Shown: piece by piece, positions 36,803 through 49,785 of the stretch
Layout: every line of letters starts with the position of its first letter
Position numbering within the stretch: position 1 is the stretch's first letter
Source of the DNA: Phaeosaccion multiseriatum
Taxonomy: Eukaryota; Protista; Ochrophyta, other classes
Assembly: GCA_965112735.1 (NCBI GenBank)
Contig: OZ218956.1
Span: 3,038,001-3,102,000 of the forward strand
Direction: 5' to 3'
DNA length: 64,000 nt
Program-made: the position numbers and the translations under genes
The notes under the pieces: generated by a model
What the model was told of the DNA's origin: nothing
The model's database searches: none
Seen by the model: the letters and a program-made list of their open reading frames with translations, nothing else

Positions 36803-39800
36803 ATGCCCGGTCTAAGACGGCAACGGCCACTCATCATGTCAGCATGGCCCGCGCTACTCGTGCTGCTGGGGCTGGTTTGCTCACAAGCAAAGAACCCCTC
36901 CGCCACAGCTCTCAATTTAAGAGCGTTGGTCAATAATGGTCGCAGCAGCAGCAGCAGCAGCAGAAGCAGCACAGCAGCACAGCAGCACCCAGAGACGCTC
37001 ACAACGGGTCTCTTAGTAGGTAGTCACGTCGCCAAACTGCGCGGCGGGGCGTCATCAGGGGGCAGCGGGGGCGCAATATCACAGACGCAAAAGGAGAAGT
37101 TGTTTGAGGCGTATAATGAGCTGCACTCACTTGCTCAGGTATGTGGCGTGTGAGTGGGGTGACAAGGAGAGTGTCTGTGGCGTGTAGTCAGATGAGACGG
37201 TGTAGATGATGGTGCAACACACGCGCTTTCTCTCTGTTGCAGAGATGCTAATGCGGGGGGGCTGTGCCTGGCCTCTTCTTGCTCACGGCCTGTCGAGGGA
37301 GACAGACAGACAGGGGGGTGGGGAAGAGACTGTCTTTGGGTTTCTAGATGAGCCAAACAGAAAACACCACAGACACACTGGCGGACACTGACCGTCCCTC
37401 CTGCCCCCCCCCCCTTCTCTCTCTCTCCTCTCTCTGGCAGAACTTCCACAAGCCCTTCGACTCTCCCGCTGTGCTTGTCGTCGGGCAGCAAAGCAGCGGA
37501 AAGTCCGCCCTGATTGAGGCCCTGATGGGGTTCCAATTTAACCAAGTTGGGGGAGGGACGAAGACGCGGAGACCCATCGCCCTCCGCATGCAATACAACC
37601 CCGGTAAGACTCATGAATTATAATTATAATGACTTAAGCGTGATGACGATCCAAGACGCGAACGAAGTCAGAGGGTCGGAGCTGGGGAGAGAGGAGGGGA
37701 AGGAGGAGGAGAGAAGAGGGAAGAGGGCCACTCGAAGGAGCACCGTTGGTGTGGATCCGAAGCTCGCAATAGTGTCCGTGGGGGAAGGGGTTCTGGACCT
37801 CACCTCCAACTCAGGACTGCTATTGCTGTGCTGTACCTCTAACCGCTGCTGCTGTACTCTCCTTTCGTCTCCTCTGCTTTGTCCGATGGCGGCGGTCACT
37901 GCCCTCCTCCCCCTGCTGTGGCCGTTTGGTTATACTACACAACAGACTACGACCACCCGAAGTGCTACTTGACCACGGACAGCGGTAAGGAAGAGGAGCG
38001 CACACTGGCACAGATCCAAGACTACATTGAGGTGAGAAGCCGTACAACAGACGAGTGAACGGGCTCTGCAGTGCGAGAAGGGGGAATGGGCTCTGGAGTG
38101 TTCGCATCCACGGCTACTCTGCTGCATTCTCACTCTCTTCTTTCTCCCACCCGTCTCCCCCCCCCCCCCCCCCCCCCCCCCTCTCTCTCTCTAACCCTCC
38201 CTCGTTCCTGCGCTCTTCGCCAGTCGGAAAACCGCCGACTCGAGCGAGACCCCAGCCGCTGCTTCGATCCCAGGGAGATCGTGGTGCGAGTCGAGTACCG
38301 ATTCTGCCCCAACATGATCCTCATCGACACTCCGGGCCTCATCCAAGCCCCCCGGGGGAAGCACCTCAACCCGGAGCAGCTCAGTTTGGCCAATGTAAGA
38401 GGGCGTGGTGGGGGTGTGTGTGGGTGTGTGGGTGTGTGTGTGGGTGTGTGTGTGTGTGTGTGTGTGTGTGTACCCACCTCCGCTCACCCTCTCCTCTGAT
38501 GTCTCCATTGAAGTCGAAGCTGAACTGTATCCCTCGCAGTTGATGCTCTGCCTTTGTGTAACTGCCGTGGTCGGTTACCATGTGTCCCTTCCTTCTCTTA
38601 TCTCTTTTGATACCTGAACTAAGACTCCACTCCACTTCACTTTATACCACTGACAAGGCGTCATACTCACATTCCCCACTCCGTCGTTTGGATTTCTTAT
38701 CCTCAACCAAATTAACTCCAACCAAACCACAAATGAAATTAAATGTCACACTCACCACCACACAACCAACAAAAGGCGGCGAGAGAGGCAGAGCAGCTGG
38801 TGATTGAGAAGATGCGTTGCCAAGACTACATTGTGCTCTGCGTGGAGGACACGGCGGACTGGAAACACGCCTCCACCCGTAACACCGTCATGAAAGTCGA
38901 CCCCATGCTGGAGCGAACAGTGCTGGTGACCACCAAACTGGACACCAAACTCCCCCAATTCGGCTCCTCTGTGGACCTGGAAGACTTCCTTTCGGCCCCT
39001 GTTGTGGAGAGCCTGTACCCGCAGATGCTGGGCGGGCCGTACTTTACAACGGTGCCGTCAGGAAGGGTGGGGAGAGCGCCAGACTCTGAGTTCTTCAGCA
39101 ACGCAGCATTTGTGCAGGTGTGTATGGTGATGGCAGTGGATGGAGGGGAGGGACGGCAATGGGTGGTGATGGCATGGTATAAAGTATCGGTCTTTGTGTA
39201 GGGGTTCGCTTAACATAACATGGTATGGTTTCGTTAAACGTACTAACATGATATGGCTTCTGCGCCCTGTCCCTACCTGCCCCCTTCGTCGGTTTAGGCA
39301 TGCCGGAGAGGAGAGGGGAAGGACAGCGCCTACGTCAGCACGAAGCTCGGAAAGGGCAAGGCACAAGGTCTGCTCCCCAACATTGGAATCTCTAGGTGCG
39401 TTCTTCCTTCCTTCCTTCCTTCTTTCCATCGAATGATGGAATTGCCGTGAGAGGCGTTCCAATGAATTCCTGAATGGCCTTGAGGCGTCCAGGCCAGCTC
39501 GGATGCCTTATTGGCATGTTTGGTATCATGGGTGATTATAGTAGTGTTTCTTCTTACCCCTCGCCGCGGCTCGCTTTCGATTTGTTACTTGCCTTTTCTT
39601 CCCTTCCCTTGTCTTGCCTGCACTCATTCATTTCTAACGGCATTGTACTTGCTGCCCCGTGTGTAAATCTGTCCCACCACCTACCTTCTCACCTACCTCC
39701 CCCGTACCCACCTACCTACCTACCTATCCACCATTCTACCCACCCTCAGACTGCGAAAGTTCCTGGAGACTCGTGTGGAGGAGTGCTACAGGAAGAACGT

Positions 39801-42673
39801 CGCCCGCATTGTCCCTCTCATGCAGAGGGAGCTCAGCAGGTACCAAATAGCACCTAACGTGAAATTGTAAATTGTACTCTCTGGGCACTGTGTCCCACTT
39901 GTGACTCACTCTCCTCCTACCACTGTGTGCCAACTGTGACTCTTGTGTGTGTTGTATGTACAGGGCCGAGACCAAGCTGCTGGACACCGAGTCAGAGCTG
40001 AAGGAGCTGTCAATGGAAAACCTCAAGGGCAAGACCGATCAGTACAGAGAGCACTTCTCCAAGGCGCTGCAGAGCTCCATCCAGGGAACCATCAAAGTAA
40101 GTGTGTGTGGGGGGGTGCGTGCGTGTAGATACGTATTTGTGTGTGCATGCGTGGGTGTGGGTGTGGGTGAGTGAGTGAGTGAGTGAGTGAGCAGAAGTGT
40201 CGTGTGGTTACTGTGCCGGAGCCCTCGCACTCTCCGCTCTTCTACCCTTCTTTTCCTCCTCCTCCGCTTAAACTCTCCCTCTCCCTCCTCATCTTCTCAA
40301 CCCTCCCCCAGGCCCCTCCCGAGACGTACGGTGAGAGCCTGGAGGCCGAGCAAGCCAAGGCCGGCAGCTTCGTCGAAAACGCCGCAGACATGGACATGCA
40401 GGGCCTCCATCTCATGGAACTTGAGGTGGGCAACACAGAGCACAAGCTGTTCGGAGGAGCGCAGTACCACAGGACGCTGAGGGAGTTCGCCTACGCGTGT
40501 AAGCATTTGATGAGCCCGCTCATTACGGAGGACGAGATTGCCAACGCTGCCGGTAAGGAAGGGAGGGATGCGTGGCTGGCTGGCTGGCTGGTTGGTGCGG
40601 AAGTGTTGTGTCCCCTTAGGGGAGCTCACTTCGCGCCCTCGCTCTCGCTCTCTCTCTCTTTCTCTCTCGCACACACACGCCCACTCTTTCCTCTCTCCCT
40701 CTCATCTCTCTCTTCACCGCCCCCTTCCCCTCTCCCACGCCCACCTATGCTTTTGGGTACCGACGCCCCACCCAACCAGGTGTGGGAGATATGCACGACG
40801 GAGTGAACTTTATGAGGGCGGCGTGTGTCATCGCCGTGGAGAAGGCGCGCATAAGCTTCGAGCCGCTGCTGGACAGCCTCCGATTACGTACGACCCACGT
40901 GATGAAGAGGTGAGTGAAGGGCGAGGAGCGAGAGCGGACAGATGGGGCAAGGGCAAGGGGCGAAAGGCAGGGGCGGTGGCAGGCAGGCAGGAAGGAAGGA
41001 AGGAAGGAAGGAAGGGCATTGTCGCTTGCAGGCAGGCCATCCGCCCCTCTCTAGATCCATCCATCCATCATTCCCCCTGCCATTCTCTGCCTCCTCTCCT
41101 GGCTGCTCACCCCCCCCCCCCCCACAAACGTCTCTCTCCCACAGGCTATTCGTGGTGGTGGAGTATATGCTTGAGAAGGAAGGTCATGCATTGGGCAACT
41201 CCCATCAGAGGCCTTTCTCCTTTGTAGTCAGGCGTATCTTTGAAGAGTTTGTGGAGAAGAGCGTGGAGAGTTGTCTCAGTCGCTGCCGGGATGACCTCCG
41301 CTCCATCACGCGGTGAGACAGACAGAGCCCGAGAGAGGGAGAGTCGTGAAGAAGTCCACCTCGAGTGCCTCTTTCTAATTTTACCCTCTCTCTCCCGCCC
41401 TCGTTTTGCCTCTTGCTTCTCCTTCTGCTCCTGCCTTTCTCCTCTTCCCTCTCCTCTTCCCCCTCCTCCTCTTCCTCTTCCTCTTGTGCAAAAGCTTCGT
41501 CACCTGGGATCTCCATGAGCGGGCCGCTGGCGCCCTCCACCGAAGCCTCCCTGACGCCAACATGGTGCAAGTCTACTCCCTCGCCGTTGAGTCCTCGGAC
41601 AGAACCCGCAGGAGAAGAGCCGCCCAGCAGCAGCAGCAGAAGCAGCAGCAACAGGGCACAGACGGCCGCCGCGGGGCCAAGCAGCAGCGGTCGCGTGGTG
41701 GAGAGATTTGGGAGGATGGAAGCGCCTCGGCGGACGGAAGTCAGGAGCATGTTGTGGACCAGTGGGACGCTGCCAACAGCGCTGGTCTGGGAGGCGCCGG
41801 AGGAGTGACAAAGCACAATGAGTACTTCGACTTGATGCAGCTCATGGAGGAGGTGAGATGAGAGAAAGGCTTGTTCATGTTGTATCACTCACCCATTTTC
41901 GATGTATGTAGGGGTGTGCCTCAACCTAATCCCCCCCCCCCCCCCCCCATTCTCTCCTCCTCCCCTCAGGCCTCGTGCACCCGCAACGCAAAGCGCACAT
42001 CCGCCGTGGTGTCTTCCCTCGTGCGGCACATCATGGGGTCTTGGAGAGAACACTTCTCTCGAGAGGTGGCCATGAAGTTCAACTGCTTCTTCCTCATGCC
42101 CTTCGTCGATGACTTCCCCTTTTATCTGCGCCAAGAGCTGGACAAGGTGGGTGCACCCACCGCCATCCACCTCAGTACCACCACCACCACCACCACCACC
42201 ACCACCATTACCGGTACCTACCTCTCTCGAAGATGCGCTGACCCCCTCCCCTCGTTCTCCCCATGTGGTTCTGTCCTCTCTTATACAGGTGTGTGAGGGG
42301 GATATGAGCGACTTCTTTGACATCACGGAGACTCGCAACAGCCTCAATCGGAAACGAGACTCACTCATCAAGGAGTGCAAGGCCTGCCACCAGGTTAGGG
42401 AGGGAGGGGGTGAAGGAAGGGAGGGAAGGAGGGAGTGGACGCTTGCTTTGTGTTTGTCCGCTCTATCGATGCCTTGCAGGTTGCAATGGGGAAACAATAT
42501 GGGACGCGTTTTTGCCTGCGTATGGTCCGAGTGCTGCGTCTTCGTCTCGCGTACCTCTTGATGGGGGGTGGGGGATTGCACCTTTTTCATGTCATTTGTA
42601 TCCCCTCCACACACCGACCTCACTCACCTCACTCACCTCACTCACTCCAATCCATATTTGATACGCACACACA

Positions 42674-42728
<55 letters not shown>

Positions 42729-43356
42729 GCACACGCGCACCCACACGCAGATCCAGACCAAGTTCGACGAGATCAATGGCCAGCTCAGCGAGGCAAGGAT
42801 GATGTACGACAAGGAAGTGGAGGGGGCCGAGGAGGAGGACAGCCTACAGGACCTGGACGAGCAAGTCAACTCTTGGGACTACGACTTGGGTGTGGAGGAC
42901 CTCGACAACATGGATGTCGAAGAGTCCGACTTTGAGGCGGGCGGAGGGATGGAGGAGGGCATGGAGGGGGCTTACCAGGACCCCTTTTCACGCGGAGGAG
43001 GAGGAGGAGGAGGAGGGCGACAGCAGCAGGTGAGGGCGGAGAGAAGAAGCCCGCCCCCCTTGTCCAAGGGCGGCTACTACGACGAGGAGTTAGAGGAGGA
43101 GGACGAAGTTACCCTCAACCCCATCCAGCTCCACGAACCAGCCAGAAGCCGCAGCAGCAGCGGCAGCAGCAGCGGCAGCGGCAGTGGCAGAGGCAGCAAG
43201 GGAAGTAGTCGAGCGGCCTCGTCCAAGCGGGCGAGCAGGCGGAGTAAGGAAGGTTCCCCAGGAGACCACGGAAGCAGCCCAGGCACCTCGTCATCGAGAC
43301 CGCCGTCCTTCGCGGCGAGGCGACCACATCATCCGTCGTCTCCCCCAGGCCGGTAA
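36803..43356 (+). CDS. DRP5B: Dynamin-related protein DRP5B/ARC5 (plastid division) with N-terminal signal-peptide-like extension; multi-exon
   Basis: LFEAYNELHSLAQ/NFHKPFDSPAVLVVGQQSSGKSALIEALMGFQFNQVGGGTKTRRPIALRMQYNP; G3 IDTPG; G4 TKLD; KLFGGAQYHRTLREF; KFNCFFLMPFVD, all characteristic of DRP5B. Confidence 0.9.
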
Positions 43357-44833
43357 AGAACGGGGCGCAGGCGCGGGCGGGGAGCCTGGGGCGACGCACC
43401 ACGTCTCGCTTGGGGGTGGGGGAAGGGGACGAGATACACAGGTGGGGTGGGGAAGGACGGAGGAGCCGGGGGGGGGGGGGGGGGGTGGTTGGGTATCCAA
43501 CCACAGCCCTACCCAAGCACAGACGCCCAAGCACCGTAGGTGGAGGAGAGAGTCGAGTCCCAACAGAGCAGGAGCAAGAGGAGGAAAAGGAGAGAGGGAG
43601 GGGGGGGGGGGGTGGTGGAGAGGAGAGGTGATGGTATATGCAAAATCAAAGCCCCCCCCCACCCACCCCCTTGTCCCTCTCGGTGTGTAAGGGGGGTGTA
43701 CAGACTCGAGAGAGAATGTGCTGGTCTTGCCCCTGTGGTGGGTAGCAATTTGGCAGTCATTTTCTAGCAAAGGTGTACGGGAGAGAGGGGGAGGGGAGGG
43801 GAGGGGAGGGGAGTGGGCGGGTGGAGGCGCTGAATTTGGTTATAAACAGCGTGCCTCCGGGACTCTTTGGGGCCTGCTACGCTACTTTTATGGAAGGGTT
43901 TGACTGCGTGCTCTTTTGGTGCGGAGCGGCCTTTTTGTTTTAATCAAGTACGTTTCGGTTTTGGAGGGTTCGGCCGGGGCAGGAGGAGAAGAAGAGAGCT
44001 GAGTGGGGCGAGATGCTGTCTGTGTCATAGCTTGGGGCGAGAGGCTATATAGATACGTATTGTATGTTGTGTGAGTGACAAGCCGAATGGCGTGCAGTGG
44101 CGCGCGGAACGGTTACGCAACACAAGAGAGAGTATACTTACAACAGGTTATACATTATCGGAAGTAATTATCATTTTTCAATGGACATCGCACGTTAAAT
44201 TCAAGACTAAAAAGTACTTCTCATAATATTGACGGAACAGATACGCCCATTTAAGAGACACCCAAGCGAGTTTTTGCGAGTTTTGAGCATGCGCATCGTG
44301 TTACCCTCGTGAAGACAAGTCGAATGCTGGCCTCGTTGGCTCCTGCACCCCCCATCAAGTTCAGTTCTATTGCCCTGCAACATGTGAGAGCCTAGCAAAT
44401 TGAAACTTTTGTTCATTACGTAAGGGCCAGGAGGGTCTTACATGAGGGTGTCTGCAAGCCCAAGTGGGCCCTCCCCCCTTCCCCAAAGTGCCCTTCATGG
44501 CTGAGTTGAGCAAGTTTTTGTGTTTCGCGTCTCGAGTAGCGATGGGCAAGGGAGATCGCAGTAAGACCCCCAGCGTCTTTGGTGACGTTAGTCGCACTAT
44601 ACGTCTGGAAAAAAGGGAGAGGAAAAAAATAGAAACTCAAACTTCCGCAACCACTATGTTCTCCTACTCCCCGCGGGCCGTTTTTGCTGCTGGTGTAAGT
44701 GCTGGTGCTGCCGCTAACCGATATGCTTCCATTTCAATACTACGATACGTGTGTACACGTATACCATTGCACGTCCACATAACCACACATTATCCAGAGG
44801 AGGGGAAATACATGGTCACTGTCACAGCAGCAA

Positions 44834-44976
44834 CTACAGTTCGCTTCTTGCCCCACCCTCACCGCCGTCCTTCGGGGTGCTGCTAGCCCCGCCCTCCTCT
44901 GCTCCTGTTTCTGTCGAAGGGGCAAACTCCGCGCACTGGTGGGGAATGTCCCGGAAGCACGTCACGCGATCGTCGT

Positions 44977-45061
<85 letters not shown>

Positions 45062-45725
45062 ATGTGTGTGTGTGTGTGTGTGCGTATGTGTGTGTGTGTG
45101 TGTGTGCGTGTGCGTGTGTGTGTGTGCGTGTGCGTGTGTGTGTGTGTGTGCGTATGTGTGTGTGTATGTGTGTGCATCAGCGACAACATCTCTCATGGTT
45201 CAAGGTGGGATCGACTGGTTTACTAAGGGCCGCCTAAACTAAATACTGAGAGCTCTTGTCCTCCTCTCTGCCTGCGCCACTTGCCACTCACTAGTATCTT
45301 GAAATACGAGAAGTGTAGCTTGATCTTTGTGTCTTCGTACGTCTTGATCATGACACTTTCCACCTCTGCAGCTGCGGGCCCCCTCTGGAGCCACTCTATG
45401 AGCTTTGGACCTGCCCGGATGGCAGTGGAACAAGAGGGGAGGGGAGGGGAGGGGAGGGGAGGGGAAGGGAGGGGAGGAGAGGAGAGGAGAGGAGAGGAGA
45501 GGAGAGGGGAGGGGAGGAGGGGGGAGGGGAGGAGAGGAGAGGGGAGGGAAGGAGAGGAGAGGGGAGGAGAGGAGAGGAGAGGGGAGGGGAGGAGAGGAGA
45601 GGAGCAAGACGTGACATCAGAAGGTGTCGGTCGGGGGAAAGGAGAGCAATGGAGTTGAGGAAAGACCAGTCGAAGCGCAATCGAAAGATTCAGTTTTCTT
45701 CCTTCCTTGTGTCTTTGCCTCACGC

Positions 45726-45756
<31 letters not shown>

Positions 45757-46535
45757 CTAACAACACTAACAACCAAAAGAAGCAACTTCGTTCGTATATT
45801 GGCATGCCCTTTTCAGCATTCCACGCCCTTCCCTCCCCAAATCACCCCCGCTGTAAGACGTCAGCTTCCCGTGATATATAAAACGTGTCTAACCTTTAGT
45901 CTTGCCGCAGCGGGCTTCTCCTACCACAGTGCCATCTGGGGTGTTTTGCACCCACCCAAAGCAGCCAAGCTCGTCCGCAACAGCCACCACCCCCTTTGGG
46001 CACATCGGTGACAGTGAGATGGCAACACGTGGGAAGTGGACAGATGGTGAGGAGCGAGAGACAGCGAGAGAGTGGCGTGGCGGCGGAGAGACGGGAGACC
46101 ACAAGATGCTCTTAATAGAGTGATACAAGGTGAGCGCCGAGCTTGCACTCGCTCAGGGGTACGAAGGATGCTTGAGATGCTCTTCCCCTCCCTCTCTCCC
46201 TCCTTCTCTCTCTCCATCTGTCCTCTCTCTCTCTCCCTCCCCCTCTTTGCTCTGCTACTTGATCAATCACCTACCTGTCTGAAGCCCACGTCCTGAACTT
46301 GGCCGTACACTTCATAGCGAAAGCCGTGGAACCGGTCGGCCATCCTCCAGCCCTCAGGTACGAAATCCTCTGCTGATCTTGGAGCTGCTGCGGCTGCTCT
46401 TAGCAACCCAAGGTCGCGCCATGAGCACGCCAACAGAATCAGTACTTTCGCCATCGCCCGAGCCCTTCGCTTCGCAAACATGACCCGTGTCCTCCCACAC
46501 GATCTACAGCACACTGTTCGTTCATCTGCAGCCAT
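44834..46535 (-). CDS. Acylphosphatase-fold protein with N-terminal hydrophobic extension and C-terminal RSEL; 4 exons (start may be 46454)
   Basis: [16 protein letters not shown] / [25 protein letters not shown] / [14 protein letters not shown] match the acylphosphatase pattern, with the catalytic Arg and Asn retained. Last exon [15 protein letters not shown]...GARSEL*. Confidence 0.75.
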
Positions 46536-46761
46536 GGCGAGAAAAATATTTCCTTCCACTCCCCCTTCCTTCTCCTTCTAGGCCGCTGCTGTTATTACAC
46601 AGACTTCGATCATAATGTGAAAAAAGAAGGGAGACGCCAGGTTGGATCACCAACTGCCAAAGGTGTACCTCTTTTTTTTTTGCTGTCTCTCCCATCTCCC
46701 ATCCCATCCATGGGCCTTCGTTGGTACATCCAGAAGAAGAGTAGCCCTTCTACCTTCTGTG

Positions 46762-49728
46762 ATGGATAACTATGAGGCTGAAAGCTCTTTGCAGCATGGG
46801 AGGGGGGGAGGAGAGAGGGAAAGGGGGAGACGCCGGTCCTTGAGGTGAGCTCGCTATAGCGTCGATGTGTGTGCCAAGATTCTCGCCAGCAAAGTCGTTA
46901 TCATGCACGTCCCCCTTCCCCCCCTGCCCACCCGCCGTTTTGCTTCACCAGGCACCGTGTGGCGATGGTGTCAGACTTCTTCTACCCAAGTATCGGAGGG
47001 GTGGAGACGCACATTTGGTCGCTCAGTCAGTGCCTCATCCGTCGAGGCCACAAAGTCATAGTTATCACTCACAGCTACGGCGATCGTACTGGCGTCAGAT
47101 ATATGACGAACGGTCTTAAGGTGCGTAAAGAGCTGTACAATTCCACCAAGGGAGGGAGAGGTATGGGGAGAGGGAGAAGGGGGAGCCGCCGCCATTGCGA
47201 CCACCTCCACTCGGTAGGGAGCCAAGACCCCTTCTTGAATACCGTGGCAGCCAGTCATCGTCCTCACCGTCCTCATCCATTTGCTCTATATATGTACATA
47301 TATATACACATATATATTATATATATGTATAAACATATATGTATATATATATTTGTATATATATATATATATATCTCTCACACACACACACACATCTACG
47401 TATCACTGCTTCCACAGGTTTATTATCTCCCCCTGACAACCTTAGGCTCCCTCCAAGTGGTCATGCCAACGGTGAGGAAGAACAGTACACTTTGGTTACA
47501 CTTTGTACCCCCACACACACCACTGCTACTGCTGCTACTGCCCGTTGCTGTAACGCTGGCTGGGTAGCATGGCCATTGGCTTGGGTGAGAAAAAGCAAAA
47601 CCTGCTTTTTGCTCTTCCTCCCTGTGCTTTCCAAGCCTCTGCCGCTGAGCTCAAGCCATGACCTCCCCCCCCCCCCTTCGCTCCTTACACCTCCCCACTC
47701 TCCTCCCCCACCTTCCACCCCTTCCTCTCTCTTGCTTGTCTTCACTCCCCCCTCCCCTCCCCTCTCCCAACCGAACCACCCACACAACACAACACACAAG
47801 GTTGCCTTCGCCATCCCCTCGGTAATGCCCCTCCTGCGGCAAATCCTCATCCGGGAGCGCGTCTCCATAGTCCACGGCCATCAAGCTTCTTCTGCCCTGG
47901 CACAAGAAGCTCTCAACTACTCGAAGACCATGGGCTACAGGACCGCTTTCACAGACCACTCCCTCTTTTGTTTCGAGGAGGTAGGGCCCTCCTTCCTTTC
48001 CTCCCTCCCTCTCTCTCCTTCCTTCCTCCCCCCCCCTATATATTATCCTTATATATACATATATATACATATATATATACTTTCTCTCTCTCTCCATCAC
48101 TCCCCCCCTCACTCCTTCCCGTCCTCCCTCACTTCCTTCCTCCCTCCCTCCCTACCTCTCTCCCTCCCTCTTTTGCGTCGAGTAGGTGGGCGCCATCCAC
48201 GTCAACAAGCTTCTAAAGTGGACACTGTGTAGCGTGGATGAGGCAATTAGTGTCAGTCACACATGCAGGGAAAACCTTGTACTACGTAGCGGTAAGTATG
48301 TAAGTAAGTAAGTGCCTGCATGTGTGCGTGCATGTGTGTGTGCGTGTGCGTGCGTGTGCGCGTGCCCTGTTTTCGTGGTCGATGGACTTCTTGATTTTTT
48401 GTTTGTTCTACTTCGTTTGCTTACCCTCCGATCCGTTCCCGCTCCCCTCACATCCACTGCCCTCCTCCCCCCACCCCATCCACTGCCATCCCATCCACTG
48501 CAATCCCATCCAAGCCATGCCCCCGCATAAGGTGCACACAATCCCCAATGCAGTGGACCCCGAAAAATACCTCCCCGACCCAACCCGCCCCATGCCCCGA
48601 CCCGGAGACAGGCTCAATGTTGTCATCGTGAGTCGCATGACGTATCGAAAGGGCATTGACCTCATGGCGCCGACCATCGGCATCATGTGTCAGAGGTTTC
48701 CGCAGCTGCATTTCATCGTAGGGGGGGACGGCCCTAAGAAACTTCTGTTGGAGGAAATGAGGGAGAAGCTGCAGCTCCATGACAGGTGCGTGGTGGCGCG
48801 CGTGCGTGCGTGCGTGCGAGCGAGCGGGCGTGGATGCGGGCATGGGTTGGGTGCGTGCTTGTATGTATGTGAGGGGGGGTGTACGTGAGTGGGTGCGTGG
48901 GTGAGTGCGTGCGTGGGTGCGTGTGTGGGTGCGTGGGTGGGTGCGTGCGTGAGTGAGTCGTGGGTGTGATGTAGACGATGACGTCGTAACCCCCACCCTC
49001 CTCATCTCTCACGTCTCTGTTCTCTGCTTCTTCATCCGCACATCCATCCCCCAAACAAACAAACAAACAAACCAAACAAACCATTTATAACGACCAAAAG
49101 AGTGGAGCTGCTGGGGGCGGTGCCGCATGACCAAGTCCGTTCTGTGCTTGTGAGAGGTCACATCTTCCTCAACTGCTCCCTGACGGAGTCCTTCTGCATC
49201 GCGCTCGTTGAGGCGGCCTGCTGCGGCCTCGTGGTGGTGAGTAATGATACGAAATTCATTCGTACCCGTGGAGGGAAGAATAAAAGGGTATATGGCATAC
49301 AATCTACACATATATATATATATATTTACAACATACATGGGAGGAGTGTGTATGTATTTATGTACATATTTTTATCAACAATTTACCTGTGTATGAAGAG
49401 AGAAAGAAACCCATAACCAATTCTTCGCAAAAATCCAAATCTAACCCAAAAGAATTCACCTTTCCTAACAAGGTGAGTACCCGCGTGGGAGGTGTGCCTG
49501 AGGTGCTGCCCCCGTCCATGACCAAACTCGCGGAGCCCACGGTGGATGGGCTTGTGCAGGCCCTCACCGCAGCCCTGCCCCTGGCCAGACAAGCTCGGCC
49601 GGAGGAACTTCACAGGAGGGTGCGGGAGATGTACAGCTGGCCAGATGTGGCTGCCAGGACAGAGAGTGTGTACAATCAGGTGCGAGACAATTATTTTAAC
49701 AATTAATGTGCATCATGTCCGTCTCTCC

Positions 49729-49785
<57 letters not shown>

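Noticed and set aside
37831-37845. Degenerate match to the 14-bp motif (also 17149, 30079, 38794, 52145)
   Set aside because: Three or more mismatches; not counted because chance matches are plausible.
44433-44569. GGGTCTTAC...GTAAGACCC inverted repeat as ncRNA or MITE
   Set aside because: Only 9 bp, single copy, no TSD and no recognisable RNA family motif.
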